DNA of 64,000 nt from Armatimonadota bacterium (GCA_037445735.1 JBBIJY010000013.1:1-64000); one strand, 5' to 3'. Counted from the first letter of the stretch, positions 48,119 to 60,019 are shown. Numbers and translations are program-made. The notes: generated from the letters alone by a model not told the origin.

Positions 48119-48619
48119 ATGCGTCGGAGCATGCAGGAGTGGATGAGCCTGCTGGTCGCGCTGGGGTTCATTTTGCTGGCGCTGGGGGGCTTTCTCGCGG
48201 TGGTGCTGGGCTTGACCGGTGGGGCGCAGCTGTTTGGCACGGGCGAATCGCCCCTGCTGCTGGCATTCGGTGGTGCGCTGGGGCTGGCGCTGCTGGGGGG
48301 ATTGCTCATCGGCGCGGTTGCCGGCTACGGGCTGTGGCTCAATCGCAACCGATACCGCGCCCCGATGCGGAGTTTTCCCAATGTGTATGTGGTTGCCCGC
48401 TATGCGGTGGACATCCACACGGGCGATATAGTCCCCTACTGGTACGACTACGCGCCCGAGAACCTGCGCTACTATGTGCGCCTCGATCACGGTCGCGGCG
48501 TGCAGGAGGAGTACGAATGCGCGCTGGAGACCTTCCAGAGCGTGGGCGAGGGCATGCGCGGTGAAGCGCTCTGTCAGGGTCAGTGGCTGTGCGCGTTCCG
48601 CCCCTACACAGGCGCTTAG
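48119..48619 (+). CDS. Two-TM hypothetical membrane protein
   Basis: Two hydrophobic segments then a soluble domain; fills the gap between rnj and the next gene. Confidence 0.7.
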   Translation: MRRSMQEWMSLLVALGFILLALGGFLAVVLGLTGGAQLFGTGESPLLLAFGGALGLALLGGLLIGAVAGYGLWLNRNRYRAPMRSFPNVYVVARYAVDIHTGDIVPYWYDYAPENLRYYVRLDHGRGVQEEYECALETFQSVGEGMRGEALCQGQWLCAFRPYTGA

Positions 48620-48659
48620 CGAACAGGAGAGCGCAACTTCAACCCGAATCGCATGCTGG

Positions 48660-50639
48660 ATGCAGGCAGATGCAGGGAGGCGGACACAGGCGGAAAGCCG
48701 TACGGAAGTTCGGTTCCGCGTCGGGCGCGTGCTGATTGCAGGTGGTCTGCTCATTGCGCTCACCTCTGTTATAGTGGCGTCGGCGGAGCTGGTGGCGCAG
48801 ACCATTCAGATTGGCATGATGCAGTTGCCGCCGGCGGTGGTGGCGCTATTGTTCGTGCTGGTGCTGCTCAATCGCGGGCTGGCGCGGCTCAATCCGAAAT
48901 GGGCGTTCAGTCCGCAGGAGCTGGCGGCGCTCTTCGTGATGATGCTGTTCGGTGCGATGCTCGCCTCGCGCGGGCTGATGGAACGGCTCATCCCCATCCA
49001 GGTCGCCCTCAGCTACTATGCGGACGCCAACCGCTGGGACACGCTCTATTTCCCCTACCTGCAACCCTTCATGGTGCCCTGGTCGCTGGAGCGGGCACAG
49101 CCGGAGCCGCTGGTGCGCTGGTTCTATCAGCGCATGCCGCACGGTGAATCGATCCCGTGGGGCGCATGGCTTGGCTCCACGCTGAACTGGCTGGTGCTGA
49201 TTGGCGCGGTCTTCTTCGCCTTTTTGTGCATCAGCGTGCTGTTACGCAAGCAGTGGGTGGAGAACGAGCGGCTGGCGTTCCCGCTGGTGCAGTTGCCGCT
49301 GGAGCTGATGCGCGGGGGCGAGTTTCTGGGCAATCGCGCTTTCTGGTTCGGCGCGCTCGTGCCCATCTTCGTGTTCACGCTGAACGGTCTGCACAAGAAC
49401 ATCCCGACCATCCCCGAAATCACGCTCAGCCTCCCGCTCAACACCTACTTTACGAACCCGCCGCTGGACAGGCTCACCTTTTTTCGCGCCTATCTCTCCT
49501 TCGCGGCGGTCGGCTTCTTCTTTCTGATCCCGACCGAACTGCTGTTCAGCTTCTGGTTCTTCTATCTGTTGAGCAAGGGGCTGGAGATGCTGGGCTTGCT
49601 GAACGGTTTTGAGACGGAGGCGCGGCATGCGGCGGCAGCGGGCTTCGTGAAGTGGAGCTGTTCGGGCGCGTTTTTTGCGGTCGCGCTCTACATTCTCTAT
49701 TCGGCACGCCATCACCTGCGCTATATCGGGCGCGTGGTGATTGGCTCGGAGCCGCCGCCTCCGCGCGGCAGCGAGCTGATGCCCTATCGGGTCGCCTTCT
49801 GGGGGCTGGTAATCGCCTTTCTGGTGATTGTGGTCTGTTGCATTCGCATGGGGATGAGCGTGTGGACAGGTGCGGTGGTGTTCGCGATCTATCTGTTCGT
49901 ACAGGGGCTGGTGATGGCGCGTTGCACAGCTGAAGGTGGGTTGCTCATCACCGAAGGCTGCTTCACCCCGATGGATGTGGTGACTCTGGAGCGGTATGCC
50001 AACTTTTCCCCACGCACGCTGACTGCGATGGCGTTTGTTGATGGGCTGTTCACGCGCGATCTGCGCGGCATTACCCTTACGGGCTATCTGGACGCGCAGA
50101 AGCTGGGCGAGGAGGTGCGCCTGAACCGACGCACCCTGCTCGCAACGATTGGGGGCGGTGTGATGCTGGCGGTGGTGGTGGCGTTCGTGTTCCAGCTCTG
50201 GCTGCCATATCAGTATGGCGCGCTCAATCTTTATCCCTATGTGTATCAGCATGCGCCCGTGCAGTTCTTTCGGGAGAACGCGCCCTTTATGACGGGCGGT
50301 CAGACCGCGCCCATTCCGTCCTATCGCCCGCTGTTTCTGGGGCTGGGGTTTGTGATCACGCTGGCGCTGGCGTGGGCGCGGTCGGTGTTCGTGGGCTTTC
50401 CGTTGCATCCGCTCGGCTTCGCGATGAGCGCGAGCTGGGGCGTGGTGGTGCTGTGGTTCTCGATGCTGGTGGCATGGCTGATTAAGGCGCCGCTGTTGCG
50501 CTATGGCGGGATGGCGATGTATCGGCGCGTGCGCCCCTTCTTTCTCGGAATGATTTTTGGCGAGTTCTTCTCCGCCGCTGTGTGGGCGCTGCTCGCCCTG
50601 CTGTTTAGAGTCGAAACGCCCGACTATCCGTGGCCCTGA
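48660..50639 (+). CDS. Polytopic membrane protein, DUF6785/DUF6784 (OPT-like) family
   Basis: RKQWVENERLAFPLVQLP, FPLHPLG, RYGG...YRR.RPFFLG.I.GE motifs; many TM segments. Confidence 0.8.
   Translation: MQADAGRRTQAESRTEVRFRVGRVLIAGGLLIALTSVIVASAELVAQTIQIGMMQLPPAVVALLFVLVLLNRGLARLNPKWAFSPQELAALFVMMLFGAMLASRGLMERLIPIQVALSYYADANRWDTLYFPYLQPFMVPWSLERAQPEPLVRWFYQRMPHGESIPWGAWLGSTLNWLVLIGAVFFAFLCISVLLRKQWVENERLAFPLVQLPLELMRGGEFLGNRAFWFGALVPIFVFTLNGLHKNIPTIPEITLSLPLNTYFTNPPLDRLTFFRAYLSFAAVGFFFLIPTELLFSFWFFYLLSKGLEMLGLLNGFETEARHAAAAGFVKWSCSGAFFAVALYILYSARHHLRYIGRVVIGSEPPPPRGSELMPYRVAFWGLVIAFLVIVVCCIRMGMSVWTGAVVFAIYLFVQGLVMARCTAEGGLLITEGCFTPMDVVTLERYANFSPRTLTAMAFVDGLFTRDLRGITLTGYLDAQKLGEEVRLNRRTLLATIGGGVMLAVVVAFVFQLWLPYQYGALNLYPYVYQHAPVQFFRENAPFMTGGQTAPIPSYRPLFLGLGFVITLALAWARSVFVGFPLHPLGFAMSASWGVVVLWFSMLVAWLIKAPLLRYGGMAMYRRVRPFFLGMIFGEFFSAAVWALLALLFRVETPDYPWP
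50584..50635 (+). repeat. 52-bp direct repeat, copy 1 (3' end of the membrane-protein gene)
   Basis: GGGCGCTGCTCGCCCTGCTGTTTAGAGTCGAAACGCCCGACTATCCGTGGCC, identical at 51406-51457. Confidence 0.95.
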
Positions 50640-50645
50640 GAAGCG

Positions 50646-51116
50646 CTATTGGTCAAGGAGAAGAACTTCAGCAGGCTCTGAGACAAGCGCACTGGTGAGG
50701 GCAATAATGCCTCTATCGAAAGTCACGAGTCGAGCCCGAAAACGGAGGCAGATGCCCAAAAGGTGGAGATCGGTCAGCTGTCGGTGACCAGTTAGTGCGC
50801 TTAAATCAAATCGGGATGAATCCAGAAGCGAGGTGTCATCGTGCAGGAAATGATGTGTTTCAGGGTGGTGGGTTATCAGGTAGCGCAGATGGAAAGCGGC
50901 GTCGGCTATTGTAAGGCGGCGGTTGGGGTAGGCAGGATTGGTAACGACACGCAGAAAGCCGCTCTGGGTAAGCGGGCAGGTCGCCCATGCTTTATGGCGC
51001 GCTTCAGCAAACCACTCATGAGCAACCGCGTGGCGCTCATGGGCGGGTTCGAAGAGCGCAACCAGCACATTCACATCGGGCAGGTCAATCGGTAGATGCT
51101 TTTTCCTTTTCCTCAT
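50646..51116 (-). CDS. VapC-family PIN toxin
   Basis: LPDVNVLVAL...H..H..A..W, ATCPLTQSGFLRV, TD.HLL, LVTFDR. Confidence 0.9.
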   Translation of the reverse strand: MRKRKKHLPIDLPDVNVLVALFEPAHERHAVAHEWFAEARHKAWATCPLTQSGFLRVVTNPAYPNRRLTIADAAFHLRYLITHHPETHHFLHDDTSLLDSSRFDLSALTGHRQLTDLHLLGICLRFRARLVTFDRGIIALTSALVSEPAEVLLLDQ

Positions 51117-51348
51117 CGAGCAGCTGCCTCACTATCTCTGCCGTCACAGGCACCATATCTGGTAAATCAGGAAATAGAGGGACACCGTTGAAGACACAAA
51201 CCCCCTCTGGCAGAGAGGATTCGGCACACCCTGCCGTCCCCCGCTCATCCTCTCTGATGATGAGCGTGAGCTGCTGAATTTCAGGATGGCTTTGTAGATA
51301 AGCCATCACCTGTTTTCGGTCGCCACGCAGAACCTGAACCCGTCCCAT
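51085..51348 (-). CDS. Putative antitoxin
   Basis: Small gene upstream of and overlapping the PIN toxin; NGVPLFP....PVTAEIVRQLLDEE tail typical of such antitoxins. Confidence 0.75.
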   Translation of the reverse strand: MGRVQVLRGDRKQVMAYLQSHPEIQQLTLIIREDERGTAGCAESSLPEGVCVFNGVPLFPDLPDMVPVTAEIVRQLLDEEKEKASTD

Positions 51349-51405
51349 ATCAGACGAAGTATACCTCTTCGATGTGGAGGAGCCGTTGCGTTTCGGTGGT
51401 TATTG

Positions 51406-51457
51406 GGGCGCTGCTCGCCCTGCTGTTTAGAGTCGAAACGCCCGACTATCCGTGGCC
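51406..51457 (+). repeat. 52-bp direct repeat, copy 2
   Basis: Identical to 50584-50635. Confidence 0.95.
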
Positions 51458-51511
51458 ATAAAGAGTTGTCGGGGGGTAAAGAGCAGGACCGCTTCAGGTA
51501 TTCTGCTATGG

Positions 51512-52393
51512 ATGCAAGCGGAGAGCCAGCGCCACTCATCTGTTACGCTCAGCATCTGCATCGTGAACTGGAACACGCGCGAGCTGCTGCGTGCCTGCCT
51601 GCGCTCCATTTATCAGAATCCGCCTGACGAGCCGTTTGAGGTGATTGTGGTGGATAATGCGTCCGGCGATGGCAGTGCAGCGATGGTTCAGGCGGAGTTT
51701 CCACAGGTGGTGCTGATTGCAAACGCCGAGAATCGGGGCTATGCGGCGGGCAACAATCAGGCGATGCTGCGGGCGCAGGGCGAGTTCATTCTGCTTTTGA
51801 ACCCCGACACGGAGGTTCAGGCGGACACTTTGTCGACCGCGTTGCGCTTCCTGTGCGAGCATCCAGAGGTGGGCGCAATCGGGGCGAAGCAGCTCCTGCC
51901 CGACGGGCGGGTTCAGCCGTCCGTGCGCGGCTTTCCGACGCCGCGCAACCTGCTGTTTGAGGTGCTGGGGCTGGCGCGGCTCTTTCCCCACTCGCGCCTG
52001 CTCGCCGCCTATCGCATGCGCTGGTTCCGCTACGACCGCGCGAGCCCCGTCGATCAGCCGATGGGCACTTTTCTGATGGTGCGGCGTGCAGTAATTGAGC
52101 AGGTGGGGCTGATGGATGAGTCGTTCCCGCTCTTTTTCAACGATGTGGACTGGTGCTATCGCATCTGGCAGGCGGGCTGGCAGATCTGGTTCGTGCCCGA
52201 TGTGGTGATTCTGCATCATGGGGGTGCCAGCACGCGCCAGGTGCGCCGCGCGGCGATTGTAGAGTCGCACCGTGCGCTGGAGCGGTTCTACGCGAAGCAT
52301 TATCGCCGGCGACTGCCGCTGCCCCTGTACGCGCTGATTATTGCGCTGATTCGGCTGTCGGCGTGGCTGCGCGTGCTGCTGAATCCCCGATGA
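51512..52393 (+). CDS. Glycosyltransferase family 2 (WbbL-like)
   Basis: SICIVNWN, VVDNASGDGS, N.GYA.GNN, LLNPD, DE.F.L...DVDWC.R. Confidence 0.92.
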   Translation: MQAESQRHSSVTLSICIVNWNTRELLRACLRSIYQNPPDEPFEVIVVDNASGDGSAAMVQAEFPQVVLIANAENRGYAAGNNQAMLRAQGEFILLLNPDTEVQADTLSTALRFLCEHPEVGAIGAKQLLPDGRVQPSVRGFPTPRNLLFEVLGLARLFPHSRLLAAYRMRWFRYDRASPVDQPMGTFLMVRRAVIEQVGLMDESFPLFFNDVDWCYRIWQAGWQIWFVPDVVILHHGGASTRQVRRAAIVESHRALERFYAKHYRRRLPLPLYALIIALIRLSAWLRVLLNPR

Positions 52394-53690
52394 TTCTCAC
52401 GAACGCTTCGGTCGCGGCGCGGGCGCGTTCGAGTTTGAGGGCACGGCGCTGCTCGCGGTCGCGTGGCGCATCGTCTGGCTCTGGCAACAGCCCCCAGTTC
52501 GCGTTCATCGGCGGAAAATCGGGGTGCGGATAGGTCGCGATATAGTGCAGGAGGGAGCCAATCACCATCTCGCGTGGGGGCGTCAGCGGCGGCTTGCCTT
52601 TGAGCAATCGCGCCGCGTTCAGCCCCGCGATGATGCCCGACGCCGCCGACTCGATGTAGCCCTCCACGCCCACCAGCTGACCCGCAAAGAAGAGGCGCGT
52701 GTCCTCGCGAAACTGCAGGGTGGGCATCAGCAGGCGCGGCGAATCGAGATAGGTGTTGCGATGCACCACGCCGTAGCGGACGAACTCGGCGCTCTCCAGA
52801 CCGGGCACCAGTCGGAACACGCGCTTCTGCTCGCCCCACTTCAGGCGCGTCTGGCACGCCACGAGGCTGTAGAGCGTGCGCTCGTTGTTCTCCGGGCGCA
52901 GTTGCAGCACAGCGTAGGGGCGCTTACCCGTGCGCGGGTCGATCAGCCCGACAGGTTTCAGCGGTCCGAATCGCAGCGTGTCCTTGCCGCGCTCCGCCAG
53001 CTCCTCAATCGGCACGCAGCCTTCAAAGAAGCGCAGCTGCTCAAAATCGTGCAATGGCGCGCGCTCCGCCGACACCAGCGCTTCCCAGAATCGCTCGTAC
53101 TCGTCGCGGGTGAACGGGCAGTTGATATAGGCGGGGTCGCCCTTCTCGCGCCGACTACCGAAAAACACTCGCTCATAGTCTATCGTGCTGGCGTCCACAA
53201 TCGGCGCGACTGCATCGTAGAAGTAGAGATGCTTGCGCCCCGTGAGGCGGGCAATCGCGTCCGCTAACGGCTCGGAGGTGAGCGGTCCCGTCGCGATGAT
53301 CAGCGGGCGGTCGTCAGGGATGGTGGTCACTTCCTCACGGATGATCTCAATCAGCGGGTGGCTCTCCAGGCGGGCGGTGATGGCTTGCGCGAACGGCTCG
53401 CGTTCGACGGCTAACGCCTCGCCCGCGGGCACTGCGAACTCGCGTGCCGTCGGGATTACAATCGAGCCGAGCCGCTCCATCTCCCACTTGAGCTGACCTG
53501 ACGGCGTGGTGGGCAGCATCGATTTGAACGAGTTGGAGCAGACCAGTTCAGCGAGCCAGCCCGTTTTGTGCGCGGGGGTCATCTTTTGCGGGCGCATCTC
53601 ATAGAGGCGCACACGCACACCCTGCCGCGCCGCTGCCCATGCCGCCTCCACGCCAGCAAACCCGCCCCCGACAATCGTCACATGCGCCAT
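52338..53690 (-). CDS. trmFO: FADH2-dependent tRNA (m5U54) methyltransferase
   Basis: GGGFAGVEAAW, AELVCSNS, ATGPLT, FYDA.AP, FFEGC.PIE, GPLKPVGL, AGQ..GVEGY.ESA. Confidence 0.96.
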   Translation of the reverse strand: MAHVTIVGGGFAGVEAAWAAARQGVRVRLYEMRPQKMTPAHKTGWLAELVCSNSFKSMLPTTPSGQLKWEMERLGSIVIPTAREFAVPAGEALAVEREPFAQAITARLESHPLIEIIREEVTTIPDDRPLIIATGPLTSEPLADAIARLTGRKHLYFYDAVAPIVDASTIDYERVFFGSRREKGDPAYINCPFTRDEYERFWEALVSAERAPLHDFEQLRFFEGCVPIEELAERGKDTLRFGPLKPVGLIDPRTGKRPYAVLQLRPENNERTLYSLVACQTRLKWGEQKRVFRLVPGLESAEFVRYGVVHRNTYLDSPRLLMPTLQFREDTRLFFAGQLVGVEGYIESAASGIIAGLNAARLLKGKPPLTPPREMVIGSLLHYIATYPHPDFPPMNANWGLLPEPDDAPRDREQRRALKLERARAATEAFVRIIGDSAARAATPTAESAQ

Positions 53691-53707
53691 AGCATGCCGA
53701 TTGTACC

Positions 53708-55036
53708 TTATGCCAAGGCGTCGGGTTCGTGCGTGCTGTTATCCGCGCCGCGCCCGACGCCGTAGTAGAAGAAGCCCAGCTTCTGCATGCGGGACGGGTC
53801 ATAGAGATTGCGCCCGTCGAACAGATTGGGCGTGCGCATCAGCGAGCGGACGCGCTCCATATTGAGCTGTTTGAACTCGTTCCACTCGGTAATCAGCGCG
53901 AGGGCGTCGGCGCCTTCGGCGACTTCGTAGGCGTTGCGGCAGTAGGTGATCTGGGGATAAATCGCCTGCACTCGGGGCATCGCGGCGGGGTCGTATGCCT
54001 TGATGGTCGCGCCTTCCTGCAGCAGGAGTCGGATAATCTCCAGCGAGCGTGCCTCGCGGATGTCGTCAGTGTTGGGCTTGAACGCCAGCCCCAGCAGTCC
54101 GATCACGCGCCCCTGCAGCGTGCCCAGCCGCTCGCGTATCCGCGCCACGAACTGCACCGGGCGCTGCTCGTTAATGGTCAGCACCGCCTCGAACAGCGTG
54201 GCATCCAGCCCGTACCGCTTCATGGTGTGGGCGAACGCCTGCACATCTTTGGGGAAGCAGGAGCCGCCGAAGCCCAGCCCCGCCTGCAAAAAGGCGGGCC
54301 CGATCCGCGAATCGGCGCCCATCGCCTTCGCCACCTGCACCACATCCGCGCCCGCACGCTCGCACAGATCGGCAATCGCATTAATAAACGAGATTTTGAG
54401 CGCGAGGAAGGTGTTGGAGGCGTATTTGATAATCTCAGCGGTCGCCAGATTGGTGATGAGCATCGGGCGCTCCAGTGGCGCGTACAGCTCCACAATCTTC
54501 ATCGCCGCGCGCGGGTTGTCCGCACCGATCACGATACGGTCGGGGTAGAGCGTATCGTGGACGGCGGAGCCTTCGCGCAAAAATTCGGGATTGGAGACCA
54601 CATCGAACTCGTGCGGCTCCACGCGATAAGCTTCAATCATGCGGCGCACCAGGTCGCCAGTACCGACGGGCACGGTGGACTTGTTCACGATAATCTTGTA
54701 GCCGTTGAGGGCACGCCCGATGGTCTGCGCCACCTCAATCACATGGCACAGGTCGGGTTCGCCGTCTTCGCGGGGCGGTGTGCCCACCGTGATGAAGATA
54801 ATCTCCGACTCGCGCACCGCCGATTCCAGATCGGTGGTCGCCGTGAGCCGTTCCTCTTCCAGATTGCGCTGGAGCAGCTCCTCCAGACCCGGCTCGTAGA
54901 TAGGCGGTATGCCTTTGCGGATCAGCTCCACCTTGCGGGCGTCCACATCGACGCAGATGACCTCGTTCCCCAGGTCGGCGAACACCGCGCCCGTCACCAG
55001 CCCCACATAGCCCGCACCAGCAATCGCGATTCGCAT
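53708..55036 (-). CDS. ugd: UDP-glucose 6-dehydrogenase
   Basis: GAGYVGL, VGTP, KSTVPVG, SNPEFLREG, GFGGSCFPKD, AFKPNTDD.R. Confidence 0.95.
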   Translation of the reverse strand: MRIAIAGAGYVGLVTGAVFADLGNEVICVDVDARKVELIRKGIPPIYEPGLEELLQRNLEEERLTATTDLESAVRESEIIFITVGTPPREDGEPDLCHVIEVAQTIGRALNGYKIIVNKSTVPVGTGDLVRRMIEAYRVEPHEFDVVSNPEFLREGSAVHDTLYPDRIVIGADNPRAAMKIVELYAPLERPMLITNLATAEIIKYASNTFLALKISFINAIADLCERAGADVVQVAKAMGADSRIGPAFLQAGLGFGGSCFPKDVQAFAHTMKRYGLDATLFEAVLTINEQRPVQFVARIRERLGTLQGRVIGLLGLAFKPNTDDIREARSLEIIRLLLQEGATIKAYDPAAMPRVQAIYPQITYCRNAYEVAEGADALALITEWNEFKQLNMERVRSLMRTPNLFDGRNLYDPSRMQKLGFFYYGVGRGADNSTHEPDALA

Positions 55037-55140
55037 CGTTCAGCCCTTTCCTATTATCGGCAGCGTTCCAAGTTTACCTGATGGGCGCCCTATCGGGTAC
55101 AATCCCTGACAGGCTAACCCAGGCAGCATGGAGGGCACTG

Positions 55141-56559
55141 ATGGCAACGCAAACCTACGAGGTGGATGTGGCGGTTCTGGGCGCGGGTCCGGGCGGCTAT
55201 GTGGCGGCGATCCGCGCAGCCCAGATAGCGAAAGAGCGCGGCGGCACCGTCGCCTGCATCGAGCGTGAGTTTCTCGGCGGCACATGCCTCAACTGGGGCT
55301 GTATCCCCAGCAAGGCGATGATCGCGCACGCCGAACGCTACCAGCATGTGCTGCACGCCAGCGAGATGGGCATCCAGATTGGGGGCGCCATTCGCTACGA
55401 CTTCACCCAGATGCAGGCGCGCAAAGACAAAATCGTGCAGACTCTGCGCAACGGCATCGCCACGCTTTTCAAAAAGAACGGCGTGCAATCGATTGAGGGC
55501 ACAGGCAAACTGCTGGACGCGAACACGCTGGAGATTACCCGCGCCGATGGCAGCCGCCAGACCCTGCGCGCGAAAAATATCATTCTTGCCACTGGCTCCA
55601 GCGTGATGAAGCTCAACATTCCGGGGCTGGAAGGCGAGAATGTGTGGACGAGCGACGACGCCGTGAACGCGCCCTTCGTGCCCGACAGCATGCTGATTCT
55701 GGGCGCGGGCGCGGTCGGCGTGGAGTTCGCCTATGTGTTCAACGCGCTCGGCTCAAAAGTCACCGTCGTGGAGATTATGCCCCAGATTCTGCCCACCTTC
55801 GACGAAGAGGTCGCTAAAGAAGCCGAGCGCGCGCTGAGTCGTCAGGGCATCCAGTTCATTCTGAGCAGCACGCTCAAATCGGCGGAGCGCAGGGGCGACC
55901 GCTGGCTCTGCCATGTGGAAACGCCCGGAGGCGAGCAAAATATCGAGGTGCAGGTGGTGCTGATCGGCGTCGGGCGCAAGCCGAATGTGGAGGGCATCGG
56001 GCTGGAGACCGTCGGCATCCAGATGAACAAGCGCTGGGTCGCCGTCGATGAATACATGCGCACGAACATCCCGAACATCTACGCGATTGGCGACATCACG
56101 GGGATTGCACCGCTCGCCCATGTCGCCAGTATGCAGGGGATTGTGGCGGCGGAGAACTGCTTCGGGGCGGAGCGACGCATGGATCATCGCGCCATCCCGA
56201 ATGTGGTCTACACCGTGCCGGAGGTGGCGGGCGTCGGGCTGACCGAACAGCAGGCGCGCGAGCAGGGCTACGAGGTGCGAATTGGCCGATTCCCGCCGCG
56301 AATCTTAGGGCGTGCGATGGCGGCGGGCGTCCGTGAAGGGCTGGTGAAGGTGGTCGCCGACGCCCGATACGGGCAGATACTCGGTGTGCATCTCTGCTGC
56401 GAGCATGGAAGCGACCTGCTGCAGGAGGCGGTGCTTGCCATCAAGCTGGAGGCGACGCTCGATGAGCTGGTGGACACCATCCATCCGCACCCGACGCTGG
56501 TGGAATCGCTGATGGAAGCCTTCCACGACGCCGCCGGACACTGCATCCATAAAGCATGA
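55141..56559 (+). CDS. lpdA: Dihydrolipoamide dehydrogenase
   Basis: GAGPGGYVAAIRAAQ, GGTCLNWGCIPSK, IYAIGD, HPHPTL.E; GGAGG SD before ATG 55141. Confidence 0.95.
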   Translation: MATQTYEVDVAVLGAGPGGYVAAIRAAQIAKERGGTVACIEREFLGGTCLNWGCIPSKAMIAHAERYQHVLHASEMGIQIGGAIRYDFTQMQARKDKIVQTLRNGIATLFKKNGVQSIEGTGKLLDANTLEITRADGSRQTLRAKNIILATGSSVMKLNIPGLEGENVWTSDDAVNAPFVPDSMLILGAGAVGVEFAYVFNALGSKVTVVEIMPQILPTFDEEVAKEAERALSRQGIQFILSSTLKSAERRGDRWLCHVETPGGEQNIEVQVVLIGVGRKPNVEGIGLETVGIQMNKRWVAVDEYMRTNIPNIYAIGDITGIAPLAHVASMQGIVAAENCFGAERRMDHRAIPNVVYTVPEVAGVGLTEQQAREQGYEVRIGRFPPRILGRAMAAGVREGLVKVVADARYGQILGVHLCCEHGSDLLQEAVLAIKLEATLDELVDTIHPHPTLVESLMEAFHDAAGHCIHKA

Positions 56560-56634
56560 TATAGTAGCGCGTGCCCGACGGGTTCTGATGGTCGATTCGT
56601 GCCAGCCATTGCCGCGCGCTGGCAATTTATGCTT

Positions 56635-57162
56635 CTACGCCTGACGATGGGAGCGCAGGTAGAAAGCGCAGGTGAGCACAACCACCAGCAACAGTGGGAT
56701 GCCAAACAGCATCACGCGCCACCAGTTACCCTGCGTTAGCAGGATAATGGCTAATGGAAGACTTATGGGTAGCGAAACGATGGACGCGCTGGTGATGAAG
56801 ATAACAGGAATCATCCAGAACAGCCCATACATACCCCCACCCATAGCGCTTCCAATCGCCGAGAGGAGCAAGCCAGCGATGGTGTAGATGAGCAGCGCGA
56901 AACCCATGACCCGACTGAATTCGGGGTGAACCCGCGTGAACCAGAACACCAGCAGGATGGACGGGATCGCTGTCAAAAACCCGATTGCTGCCGCTATCGG
57001 AAAGATCAGGATGTACTGCCCATCTTTGAGATATTCGGGTGTGGTGAGCATAATCCATGCATGGAACCCCAGCGCCGACAGCATCATGTTGACCACGGCG
57101 GTCATGAAGATGACCAGCCAGCGCGCCCATCGCGGGTAAGAACCCGACTCACCCAGAGTCAT
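56635..57162 (-). CDS. Hypothetical membrane protein
   Basis: About 5 hydrophobic segments; GAGGGAG SD-like sequence upstream. Confidence 0.7.
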   Translation of the reverse strand: MTLGESGSYPRWARWLVIFMTAVVNMMLSALGFHAWIMLTTPEYLKDGQYILIFPIAAAIGFLTAIPSILLVFWFTRVHPEFSRVMGFALLIYTIAGLLLSAIGSAMGGGMYGLFWMIPVIFITSASIVSLPISLPLAIILLTQGNWWRVMLFGIPLLLVVVLTCAFYLRSHRQA

Positions 57163-57197
57163 TGGTATGCTCCCTCTCCTGAGGGTATACCTGCATA

Positions 57198-57548
57198 TTA
57201 CCTGCTATCTGCCTTCAACAACGAGCGTAAGACAGGCAAATGTTTAGGGACTTCCTGTGTAGCGACATTCCATACAATATCATAATTAATACTTGAGTAA
57301 TCATGAACGATTTTATCTCGCATGCGTGCCATCTCGCTCAAAGGCAACTCTGGATGCTGGGTTCGAAACTGCCTCGATACACGCTTGGCAGCCTCACCCA
57401 TAACCTGAATGTTGCGCACAACAGCATCTTGGGTGCGCTGATCCTGCAGGAAGGTGGCGTAATCCATTCCCTGCACATACTCCGCGATGCGCTCCATCGC
57501 TTCCAAAATGTCCTGCAGGTACTGCTGGTCGCGGTCTGCCTTAGACAT
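57198..57548 (-). CDS. HEPN/DUF86 (HepT-like) RNase toxin
   Basis: YL.DIL.A...I, DAVVRN....GEA, RDKIVHDY (RX4HXY). Confidence 0.92.
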   Translation of the reverse strand: MSKADRDQQYLQDILEAMERIAEYVQGMDYATFLQDQRTQDAVVRNIQVMGEAAKRVSRQFRTQHPELPLSEMARMRDKIVHDYSSINYDIVWNVATQEVPKHLPVLRSLLKADSR

Positions 57549-57864
57549 ACACTTTTGTCCTCTCGATTTGCTCGGCAACGATGCAATAACGCGGGTGTGA
57601 AAGGTTTCGGCGCACTGTTTCCGCGGTCACGACGCTCACTTTTCTTCCCAGAGCGCGTTCCAGGTAATCAACAAGGTTGACGAACTCAAACCCCAGTGGT
57701 CGGCTGAGTTCCACAACCAGATCGACATCGCTATCGGAACGGGGTGTGCCGTGTGCGAAGGAACCATAGATAGCGATGCGTGCGACGCCGAACTGCTCCG
57801 AAAGGTATGGTAGTTCACTCCGCAATCGTTCTATCAGCTCCTCGCGCGTTGTGACCTTCGTCAT
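57541..57864 (-). CDS. Minimal nucleotidyltransferase (MntA-like) antitoxin
   Basis: YGSFAHG....DSDVDL (GS-X10-DXD); overlaps the HEPN gene. Confidence 0.92.
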   Translation of the reverse strand: MTKVTTREELIERLRSELPYLSEQFGVARIAIYGSFAHGTPRSDSDVDLVVELSRPLGFEFVNLVDYLERALGRKVSVVTAETVRRNLSHPRYCIVAEQIERTKVYV

Positions 57865-57892
57865 GGTTGACCCCCGCTGATCATGATCGACA

Positions 57893-60019
<2,127 letters not shown>

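Noticed and set aside
52338-52393. 56-bp convergent overlap of the GT2 gene and trmFO
   Set aside because: Short tail-to-tail overlaps are common in compact GC-rich genomes; nothing indicates a special function.
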